Source: Desulfobacteraceae bacterium (lineage in GTDB: Bacteria > Desulfobacterota > Desulfobacteria > Desulfobacterales > SURF-7). From it: 64,000 nt of DNA. The stretch spans positions 2,414-66,413 of the forward strand of contig QZKS01000013.1 of assembly GCA_003599865.1 (NCBI GenBank), written 5' to 3'. Shown here one piece after another: positions 49,491-59,766 of the stretch. Position numbers and translations under genes: made by a program. The notes under the pieces are model-generated. The model made no database searches. It worked only from the letters and a program-made list of their open reading frames with translations, and was not told the origin of the DNA. How positions within the stretch are numbered: the stretch's first letter is position 1; each line of letters begins with the position of its first letter.

Positions 49491-50129
49491 TTGATCCTCA
49501 TGATCCTCAAAACACTTTGCAGGTATAGAATAAAAAGGCAGATTTTGCTGTTACTCGTAGGATTTTTTTTAGTGTGTTTGATCTCACCGGCAGATGGGAC
49601 AGAACTCGGTGGGCAGATTCTGGAAAATACAACCTGGAGTCTTGATGGTTCTCCTATGATATTAACTGGAGATATCCGGATTTGGAACAAATCTGAACTG
49701 GTAGGTACTGTTGAATTAAGAATCGAACCTGGGGTTGAGGTGAACCTGAACGGGTTTTCCATTACTGCAGGAGATCAGGCAGATAAAGATCGCCCTCCCA
49801 ATAAAGGGCGGATAATAGCAGAAGATGTTCGTTTTTTTGGTAAGGGGAACGTCGTCCTGGCATGTGGTGAAGAGAATAAAATTTCCAATTGTTTATTTGA
49901 GGATGTTCATCTATTGCTGGGCGGAAAGACTTGTGCAAACAGTTCTGGGAAAATACAAAATATCACCATGAAATATTCGGACATTATAATTCATACCGGA
50001 AAATGGGAAGTGATGGGTGGTAAACTTCTAAACGGAACCATTTCCCATCAAGGCGTTAAGATTCCGGGCATGGACTTTCAAAAAGAGCAATACATGAATT
50101 TTTTCATAAACTTAATATCATCCCCATAA
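49491..50129 (+). CDS. Hypothetical exported/membrane-anchored protein
   Basis: 212 aa. N-terminal hydrophobic segment ILLLLVGFFLVCLISPA. No recognisable family, and the start is uncertain. Confidence 0.45.
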   Translation: MILMILKTLCRYRIKRQILLLLVGFFLVCLISPADGTELGGQILENTTWSLDGSPMILTGDIRIWNKSELVGTVELRIEPGVEVNLNGFSITAGDQADKDRPPNKGRIIAEDVRFFGKGNVVLACGEENKISNCLFEDVHLLLGGKTCANSSGKIQNITMKYSDIIIHTGKWEVMGGKLLNGTISHQGVKIPGMDFQKEQYMNFFINLISSP

Positions 50130-50184
50130 TGCTTATCAACACATATGAAGTGTGAGACAAGGAAGACGGTGGCGGAATTATTCT

Positions 50185-52812
50185 TTAATTCAGCAAACAC
50201 CGGGATACTTGTTCAAAAATATTTGTTGAAAGACCTTTCAGGTTTACAATACGCTCCAGTTCTTTTTTCATCAATTGTTGTCTATGAGCATTGTATTTTT
50301 TCCATTGGGCAAATGGAATCACCAGCCGGGCGGCAATTTGCGGGTTTGTTGAGTTTAAACGGATAATATAGTCGCTGAGAAATACATACCCAAGTCCATC
50401 GGTGGAATGAAAATATTTGGCATTGGATGCAAATGCGCCGACTATTGATCTGATATCATTCGGGCTTTTGGGATCAAAGGCCGGGTGTACCAGCAGGTTT
50501 TTGACAACATCCAGCGTACCGGGCAATGGAGATATTGCCTGCGTCTGGAACCATGTGTTGATGATCAGTTTATCATTATTATATGTTTCGTAAAAATCTG
50601 TAATGATTTTTTTCCGGATGATCTGGGTTTTACTATGTGCCAGAAGGGTGAATGCTGCCTGTTTGTCAGTCATATTCCCGGCTGAATAATACTGCGTTTT
50701 TGCCAGTTTTAGATACTCCGGCAATTCCAATGCACACAGATAAGAAAGACATATATTTCGAAGAGCGCGCCTTGCTTTATGTTCAACAGCAAGATCATAA
50801 GGGCCGATGTTTTCATTGGCTTTGTATGTCTCCACAAGTTCGGATTGCAGACTTTCTGCAATGGCTTGGCGGGCTTTTTCCCTGGATTGATGAATCGCAT
50901 CCGGATCGATTTCATCCACCCTCTGGGAAAGATAGGCCTCACCCGGCAATCGCAGCATTTCCGCAACCATGGCTTTATCCAGGGTGTTGTCAGTTAAAAG
51001 TGTTCGATAGGCTTCGATAAATGAACCGCTCGCCTGATTTCGGTCATCAGATATCATTTCCAGCAGCATGGTTTCTGCGAGCTTCCGGCAGGCATCCCAG
51101 CGGTTAAAACCATCACTGTCATTTTTCATTAAAAAAAGAAGTTCTTCCCGGGTATATGGATAGAAATAGGTTACCGGAGCACTGAAATGGCGGAAGAGGG
51201 ACGGTATGGGTTTGTGGGGCACATTGTTAAATGTAAAGGTTTGTTTTGATTCTGTGATGTTAACAACGCCTTTTTGGGTTATGCGCAGCGGGATGTCAAG
51301 CCCATTCTGATCCAGCAGTCCTATGCGAAGAGGTATGACAAACGGCTTTTTATCCTGCGTCTCCGGTGTGGGGCGGCAGGTTTGTTCGGCATGCAACAGA
51401 AATGTTTTACGGCTTTCATTATATTCACCGCTGAGGGTTACATGCGGTGTTCCCGCCTGGTGGTACCAGAGCCGAAACTGGGACAGGTCTGTTCCGCTCG
51501 CATCTTCCATTGCTTTGGAAAAGTCTTCAATGGTTACAGCCTGGCCATCATGCCGGTTGAAATACAATTCCGTTCCTTTAAAAAAGGTTTCGCTCCCCAG
51601 AAGGGTTCGGTACATTCCGATAATTTCCGCTCCTTTTTCATAAATTGTCAGCGTATAGAAATTATCAAAAGATTGCACTTCCTTTGGCAAGACCGCATGG
51701 GCGGTCGGCCCGCTGTCTTCTTTGAATTGAAAGGTGCGAAGCTGCGTAGCATCCTCAATTCGTTTTACAACCGGACTGCCATGATCTGCGCTGAAGGAAG
51801 CATCGCGATACACGGTAAATCCCTCTTTCAGACTTAATTGATGCCAGTCTCTGCAGGTAACGCGATTGCCGGACCAGTTGTGAAAGTATTCATGGGCGAT
51901 AACATCCCGAACGCGGTCATGGGCTGCATCCGTTGCTGTCTCCGGATTGGCGAGTACACAGGAGGTGTTGAAAATATTCAAGCTCTTATTTTCCATCGCC
52001 CCCATATTGAAATGACTGACCGCAACAATATTAAAAATATCAAGATCATATAAACGGTTATAGGTTTTTTCATCCCAGGCAAATGCTTGTTTCAGGGAAT
52101 GCATGGCATGATCAATTTTATTCAGGTCTTTTTTTTCGACAAATATTCGAAGTGTTACTTTATTCCCGTGTTTGGTGATAAAGAAATCCTCATGACAATA
52201 TAAATCTCCTGCCACCAGGGCAAATAAATAACTGGGTTTGGGATAGGGGTCTACCCATTTTGCAAAGTGCCGATTGTTTTCCAATTCCTTAGTTTCAACA
52301 GGATTTCCATTGGACAGCAGAACAGGATAGGTCTGTTGATCTGCGTCCATATAGATGGAAAATTTACTCATGATATCCGGCCGGTCCAGATAATAGGTGA
52401 TTCTTCGAAATCCTTCCGCCTCACATTGCGTGCAGAACATGCCATTGGATATATACAGTCCTTCCAGGGATGTATTGGTGTCCGGATGAATCTCAACCTC
52501 TGTTTCGATCTCAAACAAGTTGTTTTCTAAAAGATCGATCCGTGGAATAGACAAGGTATTTTCATCGATTGTATATTCCGATTGATTCAGGATTCTATTG
52601 TTCATGGAAATCGTGATCAGGGAGATATCCTTTCCATCAAGGATCAGAGGGCGGGTTGCATCCGGGTTGCAATTCATGTTTGGACGCAGGGTCAATTTTG
52701 TTTTGACCCTGGTTGCCTGCGGTTCCAGCTTGAAATCCATTGCAGTGGTGTCGATAAAATAATCGGAAGGTCGATAGTCTGTAAGCCGAATGGTTTTGGG
52801 GACACGACTCAT
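50185..52812 (-). CDS. pepN: Aminopeptidase N (M1 family)
   Basis: 875 aa. GAMEN motif (NMGAMENKS) and zinc site HEYFHNWSGNRVT...LKEGFT. Confidence 0.96.
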   Translation of the reverse strand: MSRVPKTIRLTDYRPSDYFIDTTAMDFKLEPQATRVKTKLTLRPNMNCNPDATRPLILDGKDISLITISMNNRILNQSEYTIDENTLSIPRIDLLENNLFEIETEVEIHPDTNTSLEGLYISNGMFCTQCEAEGFRRITYYLDRPDIMSKFSIYMDADQQTYPVLLSNGNPVETKELENNRHFAKWVDPYPKPSYLFALVAGDLYCHEDFFITKHGNKVTLRIFVEKKDLNKIDHAMHSLKQAFAWDEKTYNRLYDLDIFNIVAVSHFNMGAMENKSLNIFNTSCVLANPETATDAAHDRVRDVIAHEYFHNWSGNRVTCRDWHQLSLKEGFTVYRDASFSADHGSPVVKRIEDATQLRTFQFKEDSGPTAHAVLPKEVQSFDNFYTLTIYEKGAEIIGMYRTLLGSETFFKGTELYFNRHDGQAVTIEDFSKAMEDASGTDLSQFRLWYHQAGTPHVTLSGEYNESRKTFLLHAEQTCRPTPETQDKKPFVIPLRIGLLDQNGLDIPLRITQKGVVNITESKQTFTFNNVPHKPIPSLFRHFSAPVTYFYPYTREELLFLMKNDSDGFNRWDACRKLAETMLLEMISDDRNQASGSFIEAYRTLLTDNTLDKAMVAEMLRLPGEAYLSQRVDEIDPDAIHQSREKARQAIAESLQSELVETYKANENIGPYDLAVEHKARRALRNICLSYLCALELPEYLKLAKTQYYSAGNMTDKQAAFTLLAHSKTQIIRKKIITDFYETYNNDKLIINTWFQTQAISPLPGTLDVVKNLLVHPAFDPKSPNDIRSIVGAFASNAKYFHSTDGLGYVFLSDYIIRLNSTNPQIAARLVIPFAQWKKYNAHRQQLMKKELERIVNLKGLSTNIFEQVSRCLLN

Positions 52813-52821
52813 GGGAACTCC

Positions 52822-53301
52822 TTAAAAAGGAATATCATCTTCCGGGGGTTCCATTGGAGGAGGGCCACCCTGAAAACCGCCCTGACCATAGCTGTCTTCA
52901 TAATTATTTTGATTCTGTCTGGCCTGTGGAGCACCACTGCCTGAACTGGTTCCCTGGTAGGAGCCGTCTCCTTTGGTCCCAAGCATCTGCATTTTATCAG
53001 CGACGATTTCCGTTGTATATCGGGTTATTCCGTCTTTATCCCAAGATCGGGTCTTGATCTGTCCTTCAATATATACCTGTTTTCCCTTGGAAAGGTACTC
53101 ACCGCAAATTTCTCCCAGTCGTCCGAATGCAACGATCCGATGCCATTCGGTTTTTTCTTTTTTCTCTCCCGTGGCCTTATCCTTCCATTCTTCCGATGTC
53201 GCTATAGTAAAATTTGCAACGGCTTTGCCATCTTGAAAATATCGTATCTCTGGATCTTTACCGACTCTGCCTACAATTATCGCTTTGTTGATTCCCGCCA
53301 T
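52822..53301 (-). CDS. ssb: Single-stranded DNA-binding protein
   Basis: 159 aa. [23 protein letters not shown]-fold start, Gly/Gln-rich linker, and acidic tail PPEDDIPF. Confidence 0.96.
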   Translation of the reverse strand: MAGINKAIIVGRVGKDPEIRYFQDGKAVANFTIATSEEWKDKATGEKKEKTEWHRIVAFGRLGEICGEYLSKGKQVYIEGQIKTRSWDKDGITRYTTEIVADKMQMLGTKGDGSYQGTSSGSGAPQARQNQNNYEDSYGQGGFQGGPPPMEPPEDDIPF

Positions 53302-53555
53302 GTCTGACCTCCTATGAAGGGCCCTTTTTCGGTATTATAAAAGGTATAAAATTATGTGCAAAATTGAAAACCATTGCGGATTGAAATGAATTACTGGATT
53401 AGATACATAAAACCAGAGCATGTGTCAATCGGTTCGCAAAATATATCTGCTTTCATTGTATGGAACTTGCGTGATATATGTTTATTTGATTGTATGATTT
53501 GAGATGTGATGAAATATCTGATGTTTTTACTTTGTTTGAAAAGGCTTATCATTGT

Positions 53556-54776
53556 ATGCCCCAGTCAAAAGCATTTGAAAAACGAGTCCGCAGACGGATT
53601 ACGGGTCGTACCCAGTTGTTTTTTGCAGTTACAGCACCAGGGCTTGAAGATTTGTGTTATCAGGAGATTCTCTCTTTGCCGGTGACACCCGATGACATAA
53701 CCAGGGAAAAAGGCGGCATTCTATTTCGCGGAAAAGTCCATGAGTGTTATAAGGCAAATTTGCTCCTCCGGACAGCAAACCGGATACTCATGCGGATTGT
53801 TGAATTCAAGGCAACAAATTTCAGGCAATTGAAAAAAAAAATGTTTGCCATTGAATGGGAGTTGTATCTTCAAAATCACATGATTTCGCAGATTCAAGTT
53901 ACCGCAAGGCATTCACGGCTTTTTCATTCAGATGCAGTTGAATTGCATTTGCGAGATGCAATTAAGAGCAGATTCGAAAATTCAGGCTCCGGTGCATATG
54001 AGTCCGGTGATCAAACGATTCAGCAGATCCTGTATGTAAGAATATCGGATGACATTGTTACGGTATCCATTGACAGCAGCGGAGAGGTCCTGCACAAACG
54101 CGGTTTGAAGACGCATGCTGCCAAAGCGCCTATTCGAGAAACGATTGCTGCGGCTGCTCTCAAACTGGCAGGATATAGGGGGACGGCAATTCTGGTAGAC
54201 CCCATGTGCGGCTCCGGTACATTTGCTTTTGAAGGCGCAATGCTCATCAATAAAATACCTGCCGGCTGGTTCAGAACATTTGCGTTTGAAGAATGGCCCT
54301 GCTTTCGGCCGGAGATGTGGAATTATATACGGCGGGAAGAATCGAAAAAGATGGGCAGTCCGAATCAGGTTATGGTTTTTTCATCAGATACGGATGAAAT
54401 GGCATGCCGGAGATTACAGGACGCAATATCGGAATGCGGACTTCAGCATACTAATTCTGTTTTAAATAGAGATTTTTTTGATATTGCGGCAACGGATTTT
54501 ACTTCTCTTGCAGGTTATGAGGATAAGGGGCTTGTGGTAATCAATCCACCGTATGGAATGCGGATCGGGACACCGGAGAACAGCCGAAAATTATTATCCA
54601 GCATCCTGAAAAAACTATCCCGTGATTTTTCAGGATGGAAATTTGTATTGATTCTTCCCCAGGAGATGATCGGGAAGATTCAGCAGCTACCCATCAAAAC
54701 CCATCGGGTTTTTCATGGGGGAATCCATCTTGTAATTGCTGTAGGACGTGTACAAGATCAGGGTTTGCTGGATTGA
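53556..54776 (+). CDS. THUMP-domain class I SAM-dependent RNA methyltransferase (RlmL/YpsC-like)
   Basis: The start is taken at MPQSKAFEKRV (53556; the tracked ORF starts at 53490). DPMCGSGTF SAM motif and VINPPYGMRIG catalytic motif. Confidence 0.83.
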   Translation: MPQSKAFEKRVRRRITGRTQLFFAVTAPGLEDLCYQEILSLPVTPDDITREKGGILFRGKVHECYKANLLLRTANRILMRIVEFKATNFRQLKKKMFAIEWELYLQNHMISQIQVTARHSRLFHSDAVELHLRDAIKSRFENSGSGAYESGDQTIQQILYVRISDDIVTVSIDSSGEVLHKRGLKTHAAKAPIRETIAAAALKLAGYRGTAILVDPMCGSGTFAFEGAMLINKIPAGWFRTFAFEEWPCFRPEMWNYIRREESKKMGSPNQVMVFSSDTDEMACRRLQDAISECGLQHTNSVLNRDFFDIAATDFTSLAGYEDKGLVVINPPYGMRIGTPENSRKLLSSILKKLSRDFSGWKFVLILPQEMIGKIQQLPIKTHRVFHGGIHLVIAVGRVQDQGLLD

Positions 54777-57055
54777 ATAAAACAGCCGCTGTCGCTGATA
54801 TCAGGTGATTCCGTATCCGTATAATCAACGTCCCGCCCCGCTTCCGGATCTGAAATGCTGATCATGGTCAGGCCACCGGAACCATCCCCAATGATAGTCA
54901 TATCTCCGGTTTGATTCACAGCGATATCTCCGGCAAATCCTGCTGTATCATAGGTGAGGGCAGGATTGAAATCAATGGGAATAGTCGGATCCGACACATC
55001 AATTGCCCGGATACCCTTGTCTCCATCGGCAATATAAGCATAAACAGTATTGGCGGAAGCCTGCCGGATCCATACTCTGGATGCATCCCCGGGGGTATCA
55101 TACGTTCCTACTTGCGTGGGGGTTGAAGGATCGCTGATGTTAATGATTTTCAAGCCCTTGTCTCCATCAGCCAGAAACGCATATTTATCGAAAACCGTAA
55201 CCGATTTTGTATCTCCGTCCGTATCAATGCTGCTGATCAGTGTGCCGGTAATGGTTTCGCTTGCCGTATTCGGCAGGTCAAGCCGAATGATTTGAAGGCC
55301 TGCAGTGCCGGCGGCTACATATAGATAGTACTCAAGGTTCGGGGCGGATCCCTTGCTGGTGAACAAGACGTCTTTTGCGGTTCCGCCGGAAGGCGGTGCA
55401 ATGGTGTCCAGAAGCGTTGGGGTGCGCACCGGATAGGTATCCGACGCTGCAAGGATCTGCAGAATTCTCAGCCCATTGCTGCCGTCTGCCACAAAGGCGA
55501 AGGAGCCGGAAGAATCCAGTTCGACTGCCCGGGAGTCGTTTATCTCGGTATTATCGGTTAGGGTTGTATTGGATGGGGTCGATTTGTTCGTAACATCAAT
55601 AATTTGTAATCCGCCGGTTCCGTCTGCAATAAAAGCAAAAGAGAATGTTGTTGATTCGGAAATCTTATAATGAATCACTTCAATATCCTGTGCCTGGCCG
55701 GGGGTCTCCAGAAAACTCTGAAAACGGACGTTCTGGAATTCTGAATTGGAAACCAGATTTCCATAAATGTTTGACACTTTTTCGAATTTTAGAATTCGCA
55801 ATCCTTCTCCATCAGTACCTGAATCCAATGTGTAGCTGTAAAAAATATCCCCCTCAATATTCACAAAAAATCGGTTTGCAGATGCGGCATGATGTTGTAT
55901 CGAACTGATCAGGGAGGGAGACTCCGGTGAGGAAATATTAACCTTTGTCAGTCCGGATTGAAAATCAGCAAGATACAGTGTGTTGTCCGTGTCCACATGC
56001 ACGCTGTATGCATTATTCAAATTTGTGCTATAGGTGGATAATTTTTGGGGGTTGGATCGGTTTGATACGTCCAGAATCTCAAGGCCGCTGTTTCCATCGG
56101 CAATATAGGTTCTATTTCCGGCTGTCTGGAGGCTGCGGGCAAAGGTTGTTGCATCATTATATTGAAAATAGGTAAGCTCATCATCAGGATCATCACCGGT
56201 TGGATTTGCATAGATGGTCGTTATGGATGGAATATTTGGGTCAGTTGCAATGTCAAGTATTTGTATGCCGCCTGCCGTGCAAGCGGCATAGGCAAACCCG
56301 TCCCCAGGAACGCTGATGTCAAATGTCGGCAGAAATCCGGTGATATCCAGAAATTCAGGTGTATCCGCTGCAATGTTAAATAAGTGTATCCCTTGGGCGG
56401 TATCGGCAATATAGGCATAGTTACCGGAAACCATAATTCTCCTGGATTCCGTCAAGCCGCTAGCCAATCCGTTGGCAATTGCATCGTTTGTGACAAGGCC
56501 CAGATTTTTTAAAACAAGTGAGGATGTGTCGGTAATATCAACAACCTGTATTCCGGTTTCATATATCCCGTTTTCATAAAGCTTCGTAAATGCGACATAG
56601 GCATTATTTCCATTGATAGCGACATCCCTTGCCGTACCGCTTTCCGTAGCACCGGCATCAATTTCCGATTGTATCCATGCAGGAATGGGCTCCTTCGTTA
56701 CAATGGCGGGGTTGGTTATACTTTGCGGGGAGACATTGATTTTGCTAAGACCATGGTGGCCGGTTGTGACAAAAAGAAAAGGTTCATGATATCGGAGGTT
56801 GGTAATACCTTCAGAAACATTGAGATAAATTCTTTTCACGGGCGCGGCATTGGAGAAATCGGTTTTATCGATTACCAGGATAACATTCCCAAAGGCTTGA
56901 AAAACATAATCATCGCTGACAGCAATTGATTTTGCCGGGGCAAAAGGCCATCGATTTTCAAACCGCATTTGCACCGCACCAAAAGCATTGGAAAATAAGC
57001 AAAGGCATAGAAAAGATAAAAAAAGAATGAATTTGCAATTCATAGATGGCCTCAA
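54758..57055 (-). CDS. Secreted LVIVD-repeat (beta-propeller) protein
   Basis: 765 aa. Signal peptide FILFLSFLCLCLFSNAFG. Repeated units of type YAYIADTAQGIHLFNI / RTYIADGNSGLEILDVS / FAFVADGSNGLRILQI / YAFLADGDKGLKIINISDP / YAYIADGDKGIRAIDVSDP. Confidence 0.8.
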   Translation of the reverse strand: MRPSMNCKFILFLSFLCLCLFSNAFGAVQMRFENRWPFAPAKSIAVSDDYVFQAFGNVILVIDKTDFSNAAPVKRIYLNVSEGITNLRYHEPFLFVTTGHHGLSKINVSPQSITNPAIVTKEPIPAWIQSEIDAGATESGTARDVAINGNNAYVAFTKLYENGIYETGIQVVDITDTSSLVLKNLGLVTNDAIANGLASGLTESRRIMVSGNYAYIADTAQGIHLFNIAADTPEFLDITGFLPTFDISVPGDGFAYAACTAGGIQILDIATDPNIPSITTIYANPTGDDPDDELTYFQYNDATTFARSLQTAGNRTYIADGNSGLEILDVSNRSNPQKLSTYSTNLNNAYSVHVDTDNTLYLADFQSGLTKVNISSPESPSLISSIQHHAASANRFFVNIEGDIFYSYTLDSGTDGEGLRILKFEKVSNIYGNLVSNSEFQNVRFQSFLETPGQAQDIEVIHYKISESTTFSFAFIADGTGGLQIIDVTNKSTPSNTTLTDNTEINDSRAVELDSSGSFAFVADGSNGLRILQILAASDTYPVRTPTLLDTIAPPSGGTAKDVLFTSKGSAPNLEYYLYVAAGTAGLQIIRLDLPNTASETITGTLISSIDTDGDTKSVTVFDKYAFLADGDKGLKIINISDPSTPTQVGTYDTPGDASRVWIRQASANTVYAYIADGDKGIRAIDVSDPTIPIDFNPALTYDTAGFAGDIAVNQTGDMTIIGDGSGGLTMISISDPEAGRDVDYTDTESPDISDSGCFIQSSKP

Positions 57056-57344
57056 TAATAAGGATAGTCCAATAGTTTCAAATATTTTAAATATAAAGGT
57101 GTGTTATTTCTTATTTCAAGGGATAGTCGGATTTCCTAAAAAAGTCAAACAAAATGAAGAATATTCAATACTAGTTCAAGATCTCCCTTTTCCTGCTGCG
57201 CATTTTGTGTTAATGGTTTGTTGTCAGTAAATAAGGTGCTGAATTAAAATAATTTAACGCCGTTTTTTGCAAGGATCGGTGGCTTTATTGTTGATAGTAT
57301 CTTTTTGATAACCCCTCAGGTTGGAGTTACGTCCGGAGAAGCTT

Positions 57345-58835
57345 ATGGAATGCCCCAAATGTGGATATGATCGACAGCCGGAAGATACGCACTGTGCTTT
57401 ATGTGGCGTAGACTTTGGGCTTTTGGATAGACAAGCCGCTGAAAAGAAACAATTGAAAGCAAAGAAAAGCACAAAATCTCAAGGAATGGATACGGGTCCA
57501 ATTCTGGAGATGGAAGCTGCGGAAACGGAAAAAATAAATGATAGCATTCCGTTGACTGGTGATTGCCCAAAATGTGGGGCACCACGGAATGCGGATGCTC
57601 TTGAATGTCCTCAATGCGGTGTGATTTATGAGAAACACGAACAGATGCTGGCACAGAAAAAAGCTGAAGAAGAAGAGCAGAAACGTGCCGAAGAAAAACG
57701 TTTTTTAGAAGAAAAAGCGCGGATTCAAAGAGAGGCGGAAGAAGGCATACGAAGAGAAAGGGAGAAGCGGGAGGCTGCTGCAAAGAAGCAGGCTTTGGCA
57801 AAACAAAGGACGGATTTAGGATCAGAAATTAATGATAAGATAAATTTATCACATCATATTAATACACTAATTGTACGGATGAAAAACAATGGCAGAAAAA
57901 TTTCAATCGCAGCGATCACTCTGGTCACTGTCATTGCTGTGGGTTGGGGTGGCAGTCTTCTGATTTTAGATTGGCAGGAGAAATCCCGGCAAGAGAAACT
58001 GATAGAAGAACGAAACGCAGAAAAAAGACGATTTCAAGAGGAGCAGCAAAAAGCAATTCAGGGTTTTTATACGAATAAAGAAGAACATATCCAGAATCTT
58101 ATGTCGTTGATCACACAGCGAAAATTTGATGAATTTGCACATGAGATTAAAAAATATGATACCCCGCAGCTTAAAACTGAACTGGAAAGTGTGAGAAAAT
58201 ATCTGGAAGAAATTAAACTGTTTGACAGTGCCAAATCGATTCCGGCATCGGAATTTGGAAAAAATTATGAAGTGTATCTCAAGTTGATTCAGTTTGACCC
58301 AAAAAATAAACTGTATTTGAATAAGCTGAATGACTATCGGATGAAATATGCACAACAGAATTATGAAAAAGCAGCCAATTATTTAACAAAAAAAAAGCGG
58401 GTTCGTTCAGACCTTACCGATGCGATTGCGGCCATTGACAAGGCAATTCAACTTGAGGGTGAAAAGAAGGTATACAACAAGATTCGATATGATTTAAAAA
58501 ATGCAGAGCTATTATTCTACGAGGGCAATAAAAATCTGCAAATGGCGGTTCGAAATGATGGCTTAACAAAGGGAGCAACAGGAGGCCAGCGAAAGATTTA
58601 TGTTTGGTTGAAAAATGTTGGAGATACTCCTTACTTTATCAATGTCGATTATTTTACGCTTGTTGGAAAAAATAACAAACGTTACAGCTACAATAATTGC
58701 AGCCGGGAGTTAATCGTCAATTTGCAGCCCGGTCAGGAAACAGGGGGTTTCTTATATTTTTATACGCCTTCCCAGCCTGCAGAATTGGTGTTTAATCATA
58801 TTAATGCCGGGAAAATTTCAAGAAAATTTCCCTGA
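57345..58835 (+). CDS. Membrane protein: two N-terminal zinc ribbons, charged coiled-coil, one TM, periplasmic helical plus DUF4352-like domain
   Basis: MECPKCGYD...CALCG and CPKCGAP...CPQCG. E/K/R-rich stretch. TM segment ISIAAITLVTVIAVGWGGSLLIL. The C-terminal IYVWLKNVGDTPYFINVDYFTLVG resembles DUF4352. The ATG at 57345 is preferred over the tracked TTG at 57321. Confidence 0.68.
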   Translation: MECPKCGYDRQPEDTHCALCGVDFGLLDRQAAEKKQLKAKKSTKSQGMDTGPILEMEAAETEKINDSIPLTGDCPKCGAPRNADALECPQCGVIYEKHEQMLAQKKAEEEEQKRAEEKRFLEEKARIQREAEEGIRREREKREAAAKKQALAKQRTDLGSEINDKINLSHHINTLIVRMKNNGRKISIAAITLVTVIAVGWGGSLLILDWQEKSRQEKLIEERNAEKRRFQEEQQKAIQGFYTNKEEHIQNLMSLITQRKFDEFAHEIKKYDTPQLKTELESVRKYLEEIKLFDSAKSIPASEFGKNYEVYLKLIQFDPKNKLYLNKLNDYRMKYAQQNYEKAANYLTKKKRVRSDLTDAIAAIDKAIQLEGEKKVYNKIRYDLKNAELLFYEGNKNLQMAVRNDGLTKGATGGQRKIYVWLKNVGDTPYFINVDYFTLVGKNNKRYSYNNCSRELIVNLQPGQETGGFLYFYTPSQPAELVFNHINAGKISRKFP

Positions 58836-58940
58836 TATTGCAGGTTTTTTAACAAATCCTTTACATATTAAATAAGAATGTCTGTTGCTTGAGTTGATTA
58901 CTCAGGTGCCATATGGTCAATCCTCCTCTGACAGGACACA

Positions 58941-59537
58941 ATGTCCCAATCTAAAAAAACAATATTCGTCACCTTATTTTTTTCCATTTTCAGCGCCGTT
59001 ATGGGAGTGGGTATTGTTGTGCCACTATTGCCGGTGTATGCCATGAGCGTAGGTGCCGGCGGCTTTTATGTGGCACTTATTTTTGGGTCTTTTTCTCTAT
59101 CCCGAACCATTATGCTTCCGTTATTCGGTAGTGCAAGTGACAGGAACGGAAGGAGACCATATCTGGTAACAGGCCTGATTGCTTACGTTTTGATTTCTTT
59201 TGCATTTATATTTATCAAAAGTGTTAACGGTTTAATTGGTGTCCGGTTTATTCAAGGGATTGCTTCCGCAATGATCATGCCTTCCGCACAAGCATATATT
59301 GCAGATATCACACCGGCTGGTAAAGAAGGGTCCATCATGGGCTTATTTAATTTGTCTGTATTTGCGGGATTAAGCATCGGCCCCTTAATAGGAGGGGTGA
59401 TTAATGATTATTGGGGGATGGACCCGGCCTTTCTCAGCATGGGAGTACTTGCTTTTATAGGATATCTTTTATGTATTTTATATCTGCCGCAGACAAAAGA
59501 GGAGAAGGTTTTTTCTCAACTGAGGGGAGGGGGTTAG
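58941..59537 (+). pseudogene. MFS transporter, N-terminal half only (3' end displaced by mobile-element insertion)
   Basis: 198 aa with about 6 TM segments and MFS motif A (GSASDRNGRRPYLV). It ends ...LPQTKEEKVFSQLRGGG. Its TAG stop lies inside the first copy of the element-end repeat. A typical MFS protein has 12 TM segments and about 400 aa. Confidence 0.72.
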
Positions 59538-59760
59538 TTTGATAACGCTTTGATTTTAAAGAAATGGGGTATATTTTTTCTTTACAAAAACCATCATGAC
59601 GTTTTGATAATTTTATATAACACTATAATTATAATTTGTTACATACAGATTGGTGTGTAAAGTTGGCTGTAAAATGATGGTTAATAAAGGTTTGCAGTAA
59701 TCATAATATTAGTTTGATAAAAAAAAAAGATTTTTGAAAAATTTGCTTTTAGTTTGATAA
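59534..59760 (+). repeat. Four direct copies of TTAGTTTGATAA-type motif (candidate transposase-binding end sites)
   Basis: Perfect TTAGTTTGATAA at 59534-59545, 59709-59720 and 59749-59760. Variant GTTTTGATAA at 59601-59610. All copies are in the same orientation, between the truncated MFS gene and the end of the HTH-ATPase gene. Confidence 0.55.
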
Positions 59761-59766
59761 AACAGT

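Noticed and set aside
49307-49528. 73-aa ORF on the + strand
   Set aside because: It runs straight through the tRNA-Asp gene and its terminator, so it is not coding.
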